Source: an uncultured Candidatus Saccharibacteria bacterium (GTDB lineage: Bacteria; Patescibacteriota; Minisyncoccia; Phycocordibacterales; UBA6899). Taken from it: a stretch of 64,000 nucleotides of DNA. The notes under the pieces are model-generated. The model did not search any database. It was not told where the DNA came from and was given only the letters and a program-made list of their open reading frames with translations. This document shows, in pieces, positions 1 to 11,676 of this stretch. Location: contig CAYLUP010000002.1 in NCBI GenBank assembly GCA_964386905.1, positions 128,522 through 192,521 of the forward strand. Reading direction: 5' to 3'. Position 1 is the first letter of the stretch. Each line of letters starts with the position of its first letter. Both the position numbers and the translations under genes were made by a program.

Positions 1-2772
1 GGCTCATCGGCATACTATGGAACTGGTTCCGGATTAAAGATCGTAGGTTCTCCAGCGGCAACGACAACAGTCCAGTCTCTTTCTGGGACATATGGACTCA
101 CGTTTGAAAACGCAACATTTGAGGCTCGGTATCTTCGCTTAAGGAACACTGATGTCTCTGGAGTTGCCTTCTTGGGTGATACTGCGATTACTGCACTTGA
201 TTATGCAGATCTTGCTACCGGTGTAGATACAGGACGAATACTGACCTTTGACGCAAGTGCTGTGAACAGAAACACTGGATCACTCTACACTGGACTTTCG
301 TTTGCCTATGATTCAGGGCATACAAGTGGAGTAAACGCCTACTTAAATGGTACGACATCAAACGCAATTACATTTACGTTGCATAGCGGAGCGATCGCCG
401 GTGAAGCATTTGATAACGACCAGAGTCCAAGTGCTTGTGGAGCGTTTCGCTGGGACGACTCATCGTGTCAGTTCATTGATCAGCGATACTATCGTTGGAG
501 AAATAATGATGGTGGGGAAGCGGTCCCTGATTCGAGTTGGTATAACGGGAGTTCTTCGTCATGGACTCATCGGCAGAAAGTCCATGTAGTGAATACCGGA
601 ACGATCGCAGCATCATCTGTTGCTATTAAGGTCGTCCTCCCATATCAGGCACAAATGCAGGCAGATTTTAGGGATATCCGTTTTACTCAGGCAGATGGAA
701 TTACCCTTATTCCGCACTGGATTGAGAAATACTCATCTGCAGGTACGGCGCATGTATGGGTAAAAATTCCTTCACTTCCAAGCAGTGGAACTGCGGATGT
801 GTATGTGTATTACGGCAACACGTCTGCGGCACAAGCATCGAGTGGCACAAGTACATTCGCGTACTTCTATGACGCAGAGTCTGGACTGACTGGAATGAGT
901 GGCGATACGAGCATGTTTACTACTGGTGCAGCTCGAGCACTCGCATCTCCATTCTCGTCGCTTGGATCAAATATGTTGAAGGCGTCTGTCGGAAATGAGA
1001 ATAATTACACGAATACTGGTATGGCAAACACTGGGGCTGGCGTATCATCAAATTCAACGATTCGCGGTCGAATGTATGTTGATGTGAATGGGCAAAATGA
1101 TGACTTTTGTACAACATTTGCGGTTGCAGGATCAATAAGTGCAAATTATGGGTATTGTCTTTCTCCGCTCGGTGTGGACGAACGTGTGCGGATAGTGAGA
1201 AATGCTACCCGCGGAGGACGTGATCAGACAACCCTCGCCGAAGAGTCACCTACTTTCAATACATCTGGTTGGTATGACTATAAGATCAATTGGGCGTCTG
1301 GCGGGAACATTACCGCAACGCTGTATGATCCGTCGGGGACTGTCATTTCAACACTTTCAACTACAGACTCGACTCATACCACTTCTGGTATCGGTTTTAC
1401 GTTCTGGTATCAACATGAAGGATGGGATGATGTCCGTGCGACGGCATTACTCGCATCTGACCCGACGGTTATTGTCTTTCCACCGCAGCAGCATGGCGGC
1501 GCGACCTGGCTCGCAAGTGAAAATGTCGCATACATGACCGCAAATCAAGGAGATATTCTCCGATTGCGTGCAGGTATTCGTAATACAGGTACAGCGCTGT
1601 CTAATCAGCAACTTCGCTTGGATTATGCAGCGAAGGGTGCATATGCAAACTGCGAGTCGGTCCCAGATGGTCATTATGGCGCGGTGCCAACGCAGGCATC
1701 TTGTACTGGCTCTCCTGTGTGTATGGCAACATCCACGCATTATGCTAATGACGCAAACACAACCCCGCTACTTTCAACTCCAAAGGGGCTTGCGTATACA
1801 GCGGGACGCATGGTTGAAGATCCATCGAACTATACGACTGCATACAACATACCAATGAATACGTATACTGAAGTTGAGTATGCGATGACGTTTACTTCTA
1901 GTGCAATGCAACCAAGTTATTGTTTCCGTGTTTCAAATAATGGAGATCGCCTGGTGTCCTACACAAAGGTAGCTGAGGCGGCAGTGCTTCAGGCTCCGAT
2001 TATTAGCAACTTTGACTGGAATGCGTCACCGATTTCGTTGGTGAATACTGGGACAACGACCCGTATCTTTGCAACAGGAACAGTGACTGACTACAATGGT
2101 GTTACTGATCTCGCATCTTCTACTGGAGTAGTGTACCGATCACTTGTTTCAGGTGGGCATACTTGCACTGCAAACGATAATAATTGTTATCGAGAAGAGA
2201 AGGTGCAATGTTCATTGTCAGATTGTGCTGGATTCTCATGTACAATATCCTGTTCAGTTGACCTCCAGTACTTTGCCGACCCTACTGATGTGGGTGATTA
2301 TGCCTCAGAAGATTGGAGGTTTCGCGTGAGTGTCTTTGATTCTCAGGGGTTGTCTGATACTGATACTGCTGTTGCCGAATTGAATTCCTTGAAGGCTATT
2401 GCACTTGGATCTGCAGTTATTGATTATGGTTCTATTGAAGTGGGAAGTAGTACCCCATCCGGATCGAATCCATCAATTGCAGTACAGAATGCTGGGAACA
2501 CCTTGTATGAAGTTCAGGTTGCAGGAACAAATCTTTCTGCTGCGGGAAGTGCTATTACCGTTGACAATCAGCGATATGCAACATCAACATTTGCTGTTGA
2601 TTCATGTACGCTATGCGGTGTGCTGAGTCCTACTCCGACCGGATTTGGTTTGATTCTTCCGAAACCCGTATCGACAGTGCCGGTGAGTGAAAACCTCTAT
2701 TGGGGTATTCAAATCCCAAATGGAACAAAGACTGTCCCACATAATGGAACAATTAGCTTGCTCGCAAGTTAA
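1..2772 (+). CDS. Large secreted/surface protein, 5'-truncated at the window edge. It has a DUF2341-like domain plus a ConA/LamG-like region and Ser/Thr/Gly-rich segments.
   Basis: Frame 1 is open from nt 1; the track start at 172 is a TTG. The motif 'DIRF...WVKIP...VYVYYGN' matches DUF2341. The rest is rich in T/S/G/N and looks extracellular. Confidence 0.6.
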   Translation, partial: GSSAYYGTGSGLKIVGSPAATTTVQSLSGTYGLTFENATFEARYLRLRNTDVSGVAFLGDTAITALDYADLATGVDTGRILTFDASAVNRNTGSLYTGLSFAYDSGHTSGVNAYLNGTTSNAITFTLHSGAIAGEAFDNDQSPSACGAFRWDDSSCQFIDQRYYRWRNNDGGEAVPDSSWYNGSSSSWTHRQKVHVVNTGTIAASSVAIKVVLPYQAQMQADFRDIRFTQADGITLIPHWIEKYSSAGTAHVWVKIPSLPSSGTADVYVYYGNTSAAQASSGTSTFAYFYDAESGLTGMSGDTSMFTTGAARALASPFSSLGSNMLKASVGNENNYTNTGMANTGAGVSSNSTIRGRMYVDVNGQNDDFCTTFAVAGSISANYGYCLSPLGVDERVRIVRNATRGGRDQTTLAEESPTFNTSGWYDYKINWASGGNITATLYDPSGTVISTLSTTDSTHTTSGIGFTFWYQHEGWDDVRATALLASDPTVIVFPPQQHGGATWLASENVAYMTANQGDILRLRAGIRNTGTALSNQQLRLDYAAKGAYANCESVPDGHYGAVPTQASCTGSPVCMATSTHYANDANTTPLLSTPKGLAYTAGRMVEDPSNYTTAYNIPMNTYTEVEYAMTFTSSAMQPSYCFRVSNNGDRLVSYTKVAEAAVLQAPIISNFDWNASPISLVNTGTTTRIFATGTVTDYNGVTDLASSTGVVYRSLVSGGHTCTANDNNCYREEKVQCSLSDCAGFSCTISCSVDLQYFADPTDVGDYASEDWRFRVSVFDSQGLSDTDTAVAELNSLKAIALGSAVIDYGSIEVGSSTPSGSNPSIAVQNAGNTLYEVQVAGTNLSAAGSAITVDNQRYATSTFAVDSCTLCGVLSPTPTGFGLILPKPVSTVPVSENLYWGIQIPNGTKTVPHNGTISLLAS

Positions 2773-2804
2773 TAAAAACATGCCTAAAGGCATGTTTTTA
2801 TTTA

Positions 2805-3932
2805 TTATAGACAAGAGCCAAGAGTGATTGTCATTCCTGCACGCTCGAGCGCATCAACTGTATCGAGGACTTTTTCAAATTTATGCTCGTGGAATAAGGA
2901 ATACTCGCTTTGAGACTTTTCTCTTATGCGTTGTAGGGTAATGCCGGTTGTACGAATCTGAGGAATATCGCTTGGGAGAGAGGCATGAAATGCAAAGACG
3001 CACGAAAGGATATCTGGTGTAAGTTGCGTTGGTGTGTGGAGGGAAAATGTCTTTTCAATAAGAGCACGTTCTTTTGTGATGACATAGAGAGTGACTTCTT
3101 GGAACAGGAGATTTTTCTTCCTTAAAGATTTTCCGAGTACTAATGCATGACGCTTGAGTTCTTGTGAGACAGTCTCGCGTGAATCCGTTGCATGGAAAGA
3201 GCGGGAAGATGTGAGGGATTGTTGATGCGCGGCTTTGGTGTTGATGGGGAACATACTGATCCCCATAAGCTCTTCTCGTGTGTGATGCACCGGGGATGGG
3301 AATATGTTGGGAAGTGGTTTTGTAATGAAGTCGTGCGCAGTAGCATATCCATGCACACGAAGCTTTATCGCGTGTGCATGGCCGATACCCCAAATGCGCT
3401 CAATTGGTGTTTCTTGAAATATGTGTAGAACGTCGCTTTCATGAGTTGGAGCTAGGCATCCGTGCGGTTTTTGGTGCGTCGAAAAAAGCTTTGCACGAGT
3501 TTTGGTGTTGCCTATGCCAACAGAGACGCTAATGTCCAGGGAGTGCTCAATGGTATTCTGTACTTCTCGTGCGAATGTATGGGGGAGTTGTTGCGTGTGA
3601 GTGAGGTATGCAGTCACATCGGCAAAACATTCGTCTACGGAATAGTGCTCTACGTACATGCTGTAGTTGCTCAGAATAGCGTACATGTGTTTTGAAAATC
3701 GAGAAAAAAGAGGGTAGTCGCCATCAAGGACAATGACTTCTGGGAAGTTTTTGAGAATGTGAAATATTGGCATTCCGCGAGTAACACCAAGGACTTTTGC
3801 TTCCTTTGACACAGCAACTGCCATTCCGCGTTCTCTCCCGACGACAATTGGCTTATTTCTGTATTTTGGGTTGTGTGCAGAAAGACATGACGCAAAGAAA
3901 TTATCTCCGTCAACATGAAGAATGTATTTCAT
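2805..3932 (-). CDS. dinB: DNA polymerase IV (Y-family, DinB/UmuC-like)
   Basis: The N-terminus 'ILHVDGDNFFASC' is the Y-family polymerase active-site motif, and the 375-aa length fits. It lies directly downstream of lexA. Confidence 0.88.
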   Translation of the reverse strand: MKYILHVDGDNFFASCLSAHNPKYRNKPIVVGRERGMAVAVSKEAKVLGVTRGMPIFHILKNFPEVIVLDGDYPLFSRFSKHMYAILSNYSMYVEHYSVDECFADVTAYLTHTQQLPHTFAREVQNTIEHSLDISVSVGIGNTKTRAKLFSTHQKPHGCLAPTHESDVLHIFQETPIERIWGIGHAHAIKLRVHGYATAHDFITKPLPNIFPSPVHHTREELMGISMFPINTKAAHQQSLTSSRSFHATDSRETVSQELKRHALVLGKSLRKKNLLFQEVTLYVITKERALIEKTFSLHTPTQLTPDILSCVFAFHASLPSDIPQIRTTGITLQRIREKSQSEYSLFHEHKFEKVLDTVDALERAGMTITLGSCL

Positions 3933-3935
3933 GGA

Positions 3936-4517
3936 CTACATGTATTTTCGTATAATACCGCGCACAATGCCGCTAATACGAAAGGACTCTTTTGGTGTGT
4001 ATGGTTGCATGTGGGCATTTGCTGGAATCAACACATGCTTTCCGCGCTCATTGCGATAATATTTCATTGTCCATGCTCCATCTACTTCTGCAATAACAAT
4101 CGCGCCATTTTTTGCCTCATGCGTTCTTTCTACTATTACTGTATCTCCTGGGAGTATGCCAGCATCCTTCATGGATTCTCCTTTTACAGTAACTAAAAAT
4201 GTTGATTCTGGTTTTTCGATGAGATATGCATCAATTGCATATGAAGTGTTTGGGATTTCAGATCCATCAAAGCCAAACCCAGCTTCTACAACTCCAAGAG
4301 GCGTGCGTTCAAAAAAAGAGGGAAGAGGAGCAAGCCGTCCCTTCATGTCTTTTGAAAGTAATTTCTTGTCTATGAGGCGCTGTATGAGTTGAAAAAGTGA
4401 TGCACGAGACGAAAGCTTTGTAAGTGTGTGTAATTCTTGATACGTTGGTAGGCGATGATGTCTCGTGTAAAATGTTTTGATATGGGCGAGGTGCGCGAGA
4501 TCGTTGTTCGTTCGCAT
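3936..4517 (-). CDS. lexA: LexA repressor (S24 peptidase)
   Basis: The cleavage site 'VEAGFG', the Ser motif 'VKGESM' and the Lys in 'MKYYR' are present, with an N-terminal wHTH. The start is placed at the internal Met 'MRTNND', since the track ORF extends upstream to 4682. Confidence 0.85.
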   Translation of the reverse strand: MRTNNDLAHLAHIKTFYTRHHRLPTYQELHTLTKLSSRASLFQLIQRLIDKKLLSKDMKGRLAPLPSFFERTPLGVVEAGFGFDGSEIPNTSYAIDAYLIEKPESTFLVTVKGESMKDAGILPGDTVIVERTHEAKNGAIVIAEVDGAWTMKYYRNERGKHVLIPANAHMQPYTPKESFRISGIVRGIIRKYM

Positions 4518-4530
4518 AAGTCTATTATAC

Positions 4531-4544
4531 CGAACAATTGTTCG
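4531..4544. promoter_or_regulatory. Cheo-type LexA operator CGAACAATTGTTCG (GAAC-N4-GTTC palindrome)
   Basis: A perfect palindrome lies 14 nt upstream of the lexA start and 50 nt upstream of the divergent gene at 4594. Confidence 0.6.
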
Positions 4545-4593
4545 TTTATACACATACAGTTGTGGATATAGGTTTTTATGAGATAATACAAGC

Positions 4594-5346
4594 ATGAAAA
4601 ACGAGCATAAAATTGGCGTGGTTGTGCTTATGGCACTCTCTGCTGTTGTGGCAATTTTGTTGACAAAGCATTTCTTTTTCACGCAAACTCGTGAGCAGGT
4701 TGGATTTCCCGTGTATGCTGTGTCGGATATCCAAGAGATGACATATGGGAAATATCAGATATCATACCCTGTGCTTGAAGCAGAGTATTCCAATTTTAAC
4801 ACTGCAATTCGGACTTTTATAGAGGAACAAAAGAATGCTTTTCTTTCTCAGGCTGAAGAAAATTGGAAGGCACGCTACGCAACTCGTTCTCTCGAAGATA
4901 GCATTCCCGAAAAACCATCCTCGGAGGAAAAGTTCCCATTTTTTGTAACATGGTCACAGGAACAGCTTAATGACCGATATGTAAGCATTGCTCTTGAGGT
5001 GTATGCGTTTTCCGGTGGTGCACACGGAAGTACAATTATAAAAACATTCAACTATGATGTAAAGAATCGAAAATTCATAAGCCTGAGCGACCTTTACGCG
5101 GGCACTCCAGGATATCTGAGTATTGTTTCTGATGCAGCAATAGCACAACTGAGGCAGCAGCAGGGGGATACGGGGATTGATGGATTCTCTGGTATGCTAG
5201 CAGATGGGGCTAGCCCGAAACCAGAAAATTTTGAAGCGTTCACGTTTTCTGATGAGTTAATCACAATTTATTTTCAACAGTATCAAGTTGGTCCTTATGC
5301 GTTAGGTATACCAAAAGTGACACTCCCAAGACAGATGCAGCAATAA
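4594..5346 (+). CDS. Membrane-anchored DUF3298/DUF4163 (RsiV/PdaC-like) domain protein
   Basis: There is an N-terminal TM helix, and the 'FSGGAHG' signature of DUF3298 is present. The gene is divergent from lexA and shares the operator region. Confidence 0.6.
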   Translation: MKNEHKIGVVVLMALSAVVAILLTKHFFFTQTREQVGFPVYAVSDIQEMTYGKYQISYPVLEAEYSNFNTAIRTFIEEQKNAFLSQAEENWKARYATRSLEDSIPEKPSSEEKFPFFVTWSQEQLNDRYVSIALEVYAFSGGAHGSTIIKTFNYDVKNRKFISLSDLYAGTPGYLSIVSDAAIAQLRQQQGDTGIDGFSGMLADGASPKPENFEAFTFSDELITIYFQQYQVGPYALGIPKVTLPRQMQQ

Positions 5347-5372
5347 AAAAACGAACCACGTGTGGTTCGTTT

Positions 5373-7280
5373 TTACATACCCAAGAGAACAGGAATAACC
5401 ATTGGTTGTTTCATTGTCTTTTGGAAAAAGTATTTTCCAACCTTATCACGAAGGTCTTCTTTGAGAAACTCAAAGTTTACCCCATGCATGTCTTTCCCAC
5501 ATGCATCCTCAATTGTTTTCTTGATAATCATACGAGCATGATTTAAGAGTTCGTGAGATTCGCGAACATAGACAAATCCTCGAGCGATAATATCTGGGCT
5601 TTTCATAATCTTTCCCGTCTGCATGTCGACAGTGGCGACAAGAACGACAATACCGTCGCTTGCAAGCATCTGACGATCTCGAACAACTGCCTCTTGAATG
5701 TTTCCGACATTGAAACCGTCGACAGCTATCATATCGTTTGGTGCAGTGACTGGAAGTTTTACAATCTTCGTTCCTTTTTCGCGAATTTCAATCAATGATC
5801 CATTGTCTGGGATGATTGCATGTTCACGGGCAACACCTGCAGTAAAGGCAATGTCTGTGTGAGAACGGAGCATGTAATGATACCCGTGGAGCGGGATAAA
5901 GAATCGTGGAGCAATCTTTGACATAATCCACAGTGATTCATCGCGGTATGAGTGTCCAGAAGAGTGCACGTCGGATGTTTCGTAGTGAACAATACGACCA
6001 CCTTGTCGCGAAAGAAGATCCTTTAACTTTTGAACTGCACGTTCATTTCCAGGTACCACAGAGGATGAGAAGAGGACCGTGTCTGTTTCCTTGATCTTGA
6101 TGTGTCGGTGCTTCTTTGTGGCAACACGCATGAGGACGGCAAATTCATCACCCTGTGCACCAGTGACGAGCATCAGAATTTTGTGTGGTGGGTATTTGTC
6201 CATGTCCTCAATAGGAATAATGGTTCCTGGCTTGAGTGTGAAAATGCCTGCTTTCTGAGCGAGCTCGATGTTCGTTTTCATTGAACGCCCATCGATAATG
6301 ACTTTCTTTCCATGCGTGTCAGCGAATTCGATGACTTTGATGATACGTTCGAGTAGTGATGCAAAGGTTGCAATGATTACTCGTCCAGGAGCATCCTTAA
6401 TAAGCTTTTCAATCGTGACATGAACGGTCGGTTCGGGGATTGAAAATCCAGCCTTCTGGCAGTTCGTTGAGTCTGACATTAACATGAGAATCTTTTCATT
6501 CTTGAACTTTCCGTAGGTTTTCTCTTCTTCTGGAGTTGGAACACCGCCAATGTGATCAAGTTTTAGGTCACCTGTATGGACAATGGTTCCATGTGGTGTG
6601 TCCACCATAACACCCATTGAATCTGGGATAGTGTGTGTGACCTTAAAAAATCGAACAGTCAAGTCTTTAAAGCGGAGAACGTCCTCCGTTTCAACGGTGC
6701 GTAAATCAAGAGGAGGAAGAGCTGGAAATTCGTCGTGACGTTTCTTAATCAACATTCCTGTTAGTTTTCGTGCAAATACAGGAGGGTTCCCGATTTTTGG
6801 GAGAATATAAGGGAGGCCACCGGTATGATCAAGGTGTCCATGTGTAACAAAAACTCCGCGAATCTTCTCTTTGCGTTCTTCAAGGTATTGAGTGTTTGGC
6901 AAAATGTAGTCAATGCCAGGAGTGCTCTCATCTTTGAACATGAGTCCACAATCGACAATGACGATATCGTCGCCAAATTCAATCGCTTGCATGTTGCGCC
7001 CAATTTCTTCGACGCCAGAAAATACGATAACACGAATATCTCCTGGTGCGAGTGCCGGGATTTCTTTTCGTTTTCGTTGCTGCTCATGCTTTTCACCTCG
7101 AACTTCATTTACGCGATCTCTCGTACGCTCAAAATGTACACCCCCGCGTGGTTGTGGCCCACGCTGGTTATGCGTGCGCATAGGAGGGCGATGTGTAGAT
7201 CGCTGGGGTGCATGTGCATGAGGGCGTGATTCAGGCATTCTGCGCGGAGTATTCCGTTGTGTCTGTGTGTTGTTGTCCAT
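5373..7280 (-). CDS. rnj: Ribonuclease J (metallo-beta-lactamase/beta-CASP) with an Arg/Pro-rich N-terminal extension
   Basis: The 'VTHGHLDHTGG' MBL motif and the overall RNase J architecture are present. Confidence 0.85.
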   Translation of the reverse strand: MDNNTQTQRNTPRRMPESRPHAHAPQRSTHRPPMRTHNQRGPQPRGGVHFERTRDRVNEVRGEKHEQQRKRKEIPALAPGDIRVIVFSGVEEIGRNMQAIEFGDDIVIVDCGLMFKDESTPGIDYILPNTQYLEERKEKIRGVFVTHGHLDHTGGLPYILPKIGNPPVFARKLTGMLIKKRHDEFPALPPLDLRTVETEDVLRFKDLTVRFFKVTHTIPDSMGVMVDTPHGTIVHTGDLKLDHIGGVPTPEEEKTYGKFKNEKILMLMSDSTNCQKAGFSIPEPTVHVTIEKLIKDAPGRVIIATFASLLERIIKVIEFADTHGKKVIIDGRSMKTNIELAQKAGIFTLKPGTIIPIEDMDKYPPHKILMLVTGAQGDEFAVLMRVATKKHRHIKIKETDTVLFSSSVVPGNERAVQKLKDLLSRQGGRIVHYETSDVHSSGHSYRDESLWIMSKIAPRFFIPLHGYHYMLRSHTDIAFTAGVAREHAIIPDNGSLIEIREKGTKIVKLPVTAPNDMIAVDGFNVGNIQEAVVRDRQMLASDGIVVLVATVDMQTGKIMKSPDIIARGFVYVRESHELLNHARMIIKKTIEDACGKDMHGVNFEFLKEDLRDKVGKYFFQKTMKQPMVIPVLLGM

Positions 7281-7298
7281 AATGTGTGTCTTTACTTG

Positions 7299-9191
7299 CT
7301 ATTCTTCTACTGTTGTCTGAATTTCAACAGGTGCAGATTGCGAGTGTTTTGATAAAAATTTCCATATGCGTTCAGAAGAGAGGTACCATTGCTCAATGTT
7401 TGCAAAACGTTCAGAAGCTGTAGTGAGAAGCGGGAGAGATACGCCACGAAGTCGTATGTCGGTGAGGTATACAAACTGTGGACTGTATGCGAATATTGCT
7501 GGGCTATCAGTGATGATTGCATGATTGATTTCACGTAAGAGCTCTCTTCGCTCTATACTATCGAGTGTCCTTGAGAGGGCGGTGATTTTTGCATCAACCG
7601 TCTTACTAGAATATTGCGCAATGTTTGCCCCATGTGTTTTTTGGCTTGAGTGCCAAAATGAATATGGATCAGGATCTCGTCCTGTTACTTGACCGAAATA
7701 TGCCGCATCGAAGTTTCGTGAAGCAAGAATGTCCGCAGTAAATGTACTCAGCTCATATGAATGAATTTCTACTGCAAAGCCGAAAGCATTCCACGTTTCA
7801 ACTATCATTTTTGCGCTTTCAAGCATGTCTGGGATATCGGGAATGGAAAGTGAGAATTGAATGAGTTGTGTGGTTTTTGTTTTTGGATCGAGCTTTTCAT
7901 AGAGCCCAGATGCGTTTTTCTTCCAGCCTTCCTTTTCAAGAAGTGCTTCCGCCTCGAGTCTTCCTGCATCATCAGCAGTTGCCGGAATGATATCGAGTCC
8001 AGAGAATGGACCGATCTCCTGTGTTGCGTAATCGCCAAATATTGTAGAAATAATTGCTTGTCTTGGAAGGGTAAGGGAGAGCGCCTTTCGAACTGGAGCA
8101 AGTGCCAGAACACTTTTTCTTGTCTGGTTGAAATAGATGCCAAAGGTGCGCGGCATTGCAGATGTGAGAACGATGGTTCCAGCCTCTTCTTGCTCACGCG
8201 CGAATACTGTTGGTGCTGAAGGCATATTCATGATTTCTCCTGTTTTGTATGCTATCACGCGATCTGCCTCGCTCCCATAAAACTTTATGTGAAATTCTTT
8301 GATAAGAGGTTTTCCATGGACGTATCCGTCAAATGCACTCAGGTGGTACTCTTTTGCAAGTCCACGTTTTGTGTCGCGGATTATTTCGTCAAGAACATAT
8401 GGTCCTGAACCAACAGGTTCAAGATTGTAGTTTGTTTGATCGAATTCACCAACAGATACTGGTTCCCATATATGTTTTGGAAGAACGCCAAAGGTGAGCG
8501 CGTCCTTAAATGCTGTGTATGGCTTTTCAAGCTCAAATACAACAGTTTTTATGTCAGGTGCCGTTGCGTGAACTCCGACAAAACTTGGTGCGAGTGGACT
8601 TTTTGATGGGAGTCCCTTGTGCTGAATACGCTCAACGGTAAATACAATATCGGCTGAAGTGACTTTTGTATTGTCATGAAAAGTGGCATTGTCCTTTATC
8701 GTCACAGTGTATGTTTTTCCGTCTTCAGAAATAGTGAGTGTCTCTGCGAGGTCAAAGGCAAGCTCTGTGCCTTCAGGACGGAAAAGCCCGGAATAGAGAA
8801 GCGCGACAAGGTCTCGGTCGACTTCCGTTTTTGCAATAATTGGATTAATGAAACGAGGGCGTCCAGTCACCCCTTCCGTAAGTACTCCTCCCGCCTTCGG
8901 TACACTGACAAAAAAGTACTTGTCTATAAGATGAACACCAAGAAAGAATGTTGCAATTGTGAGAAAAACAGCTGACAGAAAACCAATGAGTCGAATAGCG
9001 AAAGGAAGAGAAAGGATGCTTTGAAGAAGGGTGTCCTTACGTGTTGATGAAAAAGAAAATAGGGATTCGTTCACAAGCCAATTGGATTCGAATAAGAAAT
9101 GGAACGTTTTGTGCACTAGAAAATAACGCACAGACTGCGTTTTGGCATATATCCTCGAGCAAAAACGTTTAGGTGAATTCAAGAAGAACAC
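7299..9191 (-). CDS. ABC transporter substrate-binding protein, family 5 (OppA/DppA-like), with an N-terminal membrane anchor
   Basis: An SBP_bac_5-like region ('VTIKDNATFHDNTKVTSADIVFTVERI') follows an N-terminal hydrophobic segment. The start is uncertain. Confidence 0.7.
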   Translation of the reverse strand: MFFLNSPKRFCSRIYAKTQSVRYFLVHKTFHFLFESNWLVNESLFSFSSTRKDTLLQSILSLPFAIRLIGFLSAVFLTIATFFLGVHLIDKYFFVSVPKAGGVLTEGVTGRPRFINPIIAKTEVDRDLVALLYSGLFRPEGTELAFDLAETLTISEDGKTYTVTIKDNATFHDNTKVTSADIVFTVERIQHKGLPSKSPLAPSFVGVHATAPDIKTVVFELEKPYTAFKDALTFGVLPKHIWEPVSVGEFDQTNYNLEPVGSGPYVLDEIIRDTKRGLAKEYHLSAFDGYVHGKPLIKEFHIKFYGSEADRVIAYKTGEIMNMPSAPTVFAREQEEAGTIVLTSAMPRTFGIYFNQTRKSVLALAPVRKALSLTLPRQAIISTIFGDYATQEIGPFSGLDIIPATADDAGRLEAEALLEKEGWKKNASGLYEKLDPKTKTTQLIQFSLSIPDIPDMLESAKMIVETWNAFGFAVEIHSYELSTFTADILASRNFDAAYFGQVTGRDPDPYSFWHSSQKTHGANIAQYSSKTVDAKITALSRTLDSIERRELLREINHAIITDSPAIFAYSPQFVYLTDIRLRGVSLPLLTTASERFANIEQWYLSSERIWKFLSKHSQSAPVEIQTTVEE

Positions 9192-9263
9192 AATGTGCTC
9201 TCTCTATGTGAATGAAAAGACGTTCAGAAATGTATTTTGCTAAAAAACCAATTGCGGTTGATA

Positions 9264-9503
9264 TTACGCAAGTGGTAACTTTAAGAGCGCTAGGTTGATC
9301 ACGACAAAGAGAATGCCGGCCACAATGGTTGTGACAAAAAGGACCTTTTCGAATCCTCGACGAGTATATGTGATACTACCTGAAGCGTCGCCCCCACCAA
9401 AAGCTGCGCCAACATCTGCTCCAGAGCGCTGGAGAAGGACGAGGGCAATGATGAGAACTGAGAGAATGATATCTGCCAATTGCAGTAACTGCTGAAGTTC
9501 CAT
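9264..9503 (-). CDS. secG: Preprotein translocase subunit SecG
   Basis: 'LLQRSGADVGAAFGGGDASGS' with two TM segments. The start is set at the internal Met 'MELQQ'. Confidence 0.75.
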   Translation of the reverse strand: MELQQLLQLADIILSVLIIALVLLQRSGADVGAAFGGGDASGSITYTRRGFEKVLFVTTIVAGILFVVINLALLKLPLA

Positions 9504-9662
9504 GTATATAAAGTATACATAAAATACATGATTTTGCAACAATAGGCTGTGGAAATGTGTAATGAGTTCTTTCCCTCGTGCGTTCCACAATCTTGCCTAC
9601 TCTCTTTGTTATACGCTATAATACGCTCACCTTTTATAGGTAATTATTCGTATATTGTACAT

Positions 9663-9983
9663 ATGAAAAAAGACAAAAAATCACTTCAGATTTCATTGTT
9701 GGCAGACCGTGTGCTTATAGAGCCAGAGTCTGCAAAAGGAGAGGAAAAAACAGCAACAGGTATTATCGTGCCGAAAAAGGATACGGATACTAAAATGGAA
9801 AAAGGCGTGGTTGTGGCGGTTGGTATGGGAAGGAAAACGAATGATGGAACACGTATTCCGCTTGATGTAACTGTTGGGGATCACGTGTATTTCAAACGAG
9901 GATATGATGTTGAGGAAGTGTTGCTTTCTGGAACAACATATATTCTTTTGAGTGAGTCTAATGTATATGCAATTATTGATTAA
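9663..9983 (+). CDS. groES: Co-chaperonin GroES
   Basis: The 'LADRVLIEP...TATGIIVP' Cpn10 fold is present, with the start at 'MKKDKK'. The TTGCCT-N18-TATAAT promoter is upstream. Confidence 0.9.
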   Translation: MKKDKKSLQISLLADRVLIEPESAKGEEKTATGIIVPKKDTDTKMEKGVVVAVGMGRKTNDGTRIPLDVTVGDHVYFKRGYDVEEVLLSGTTYILLSESNVYAIID

Positions 9984-11645
<1,662 letters not shown>

Positions 11646-11676
11646 TGAAAAACAGCCCCCTTGGGGGCTGTTTGTA

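Noticed and set aside
4518-4682. 55-aa N-terminal extension of the lexA ORF
   Set aside because: It would run through the Cheo operator and the divergent promoter region. The LexA wHTH begins at the internal Met.
9504-9662. CIRCE (HrcA) operator upstream of groES
   Set aside because: No TTAGCACTC-N9-GAGTGCTAA-like inverted repeat is present, only a sigma70-like promoter.
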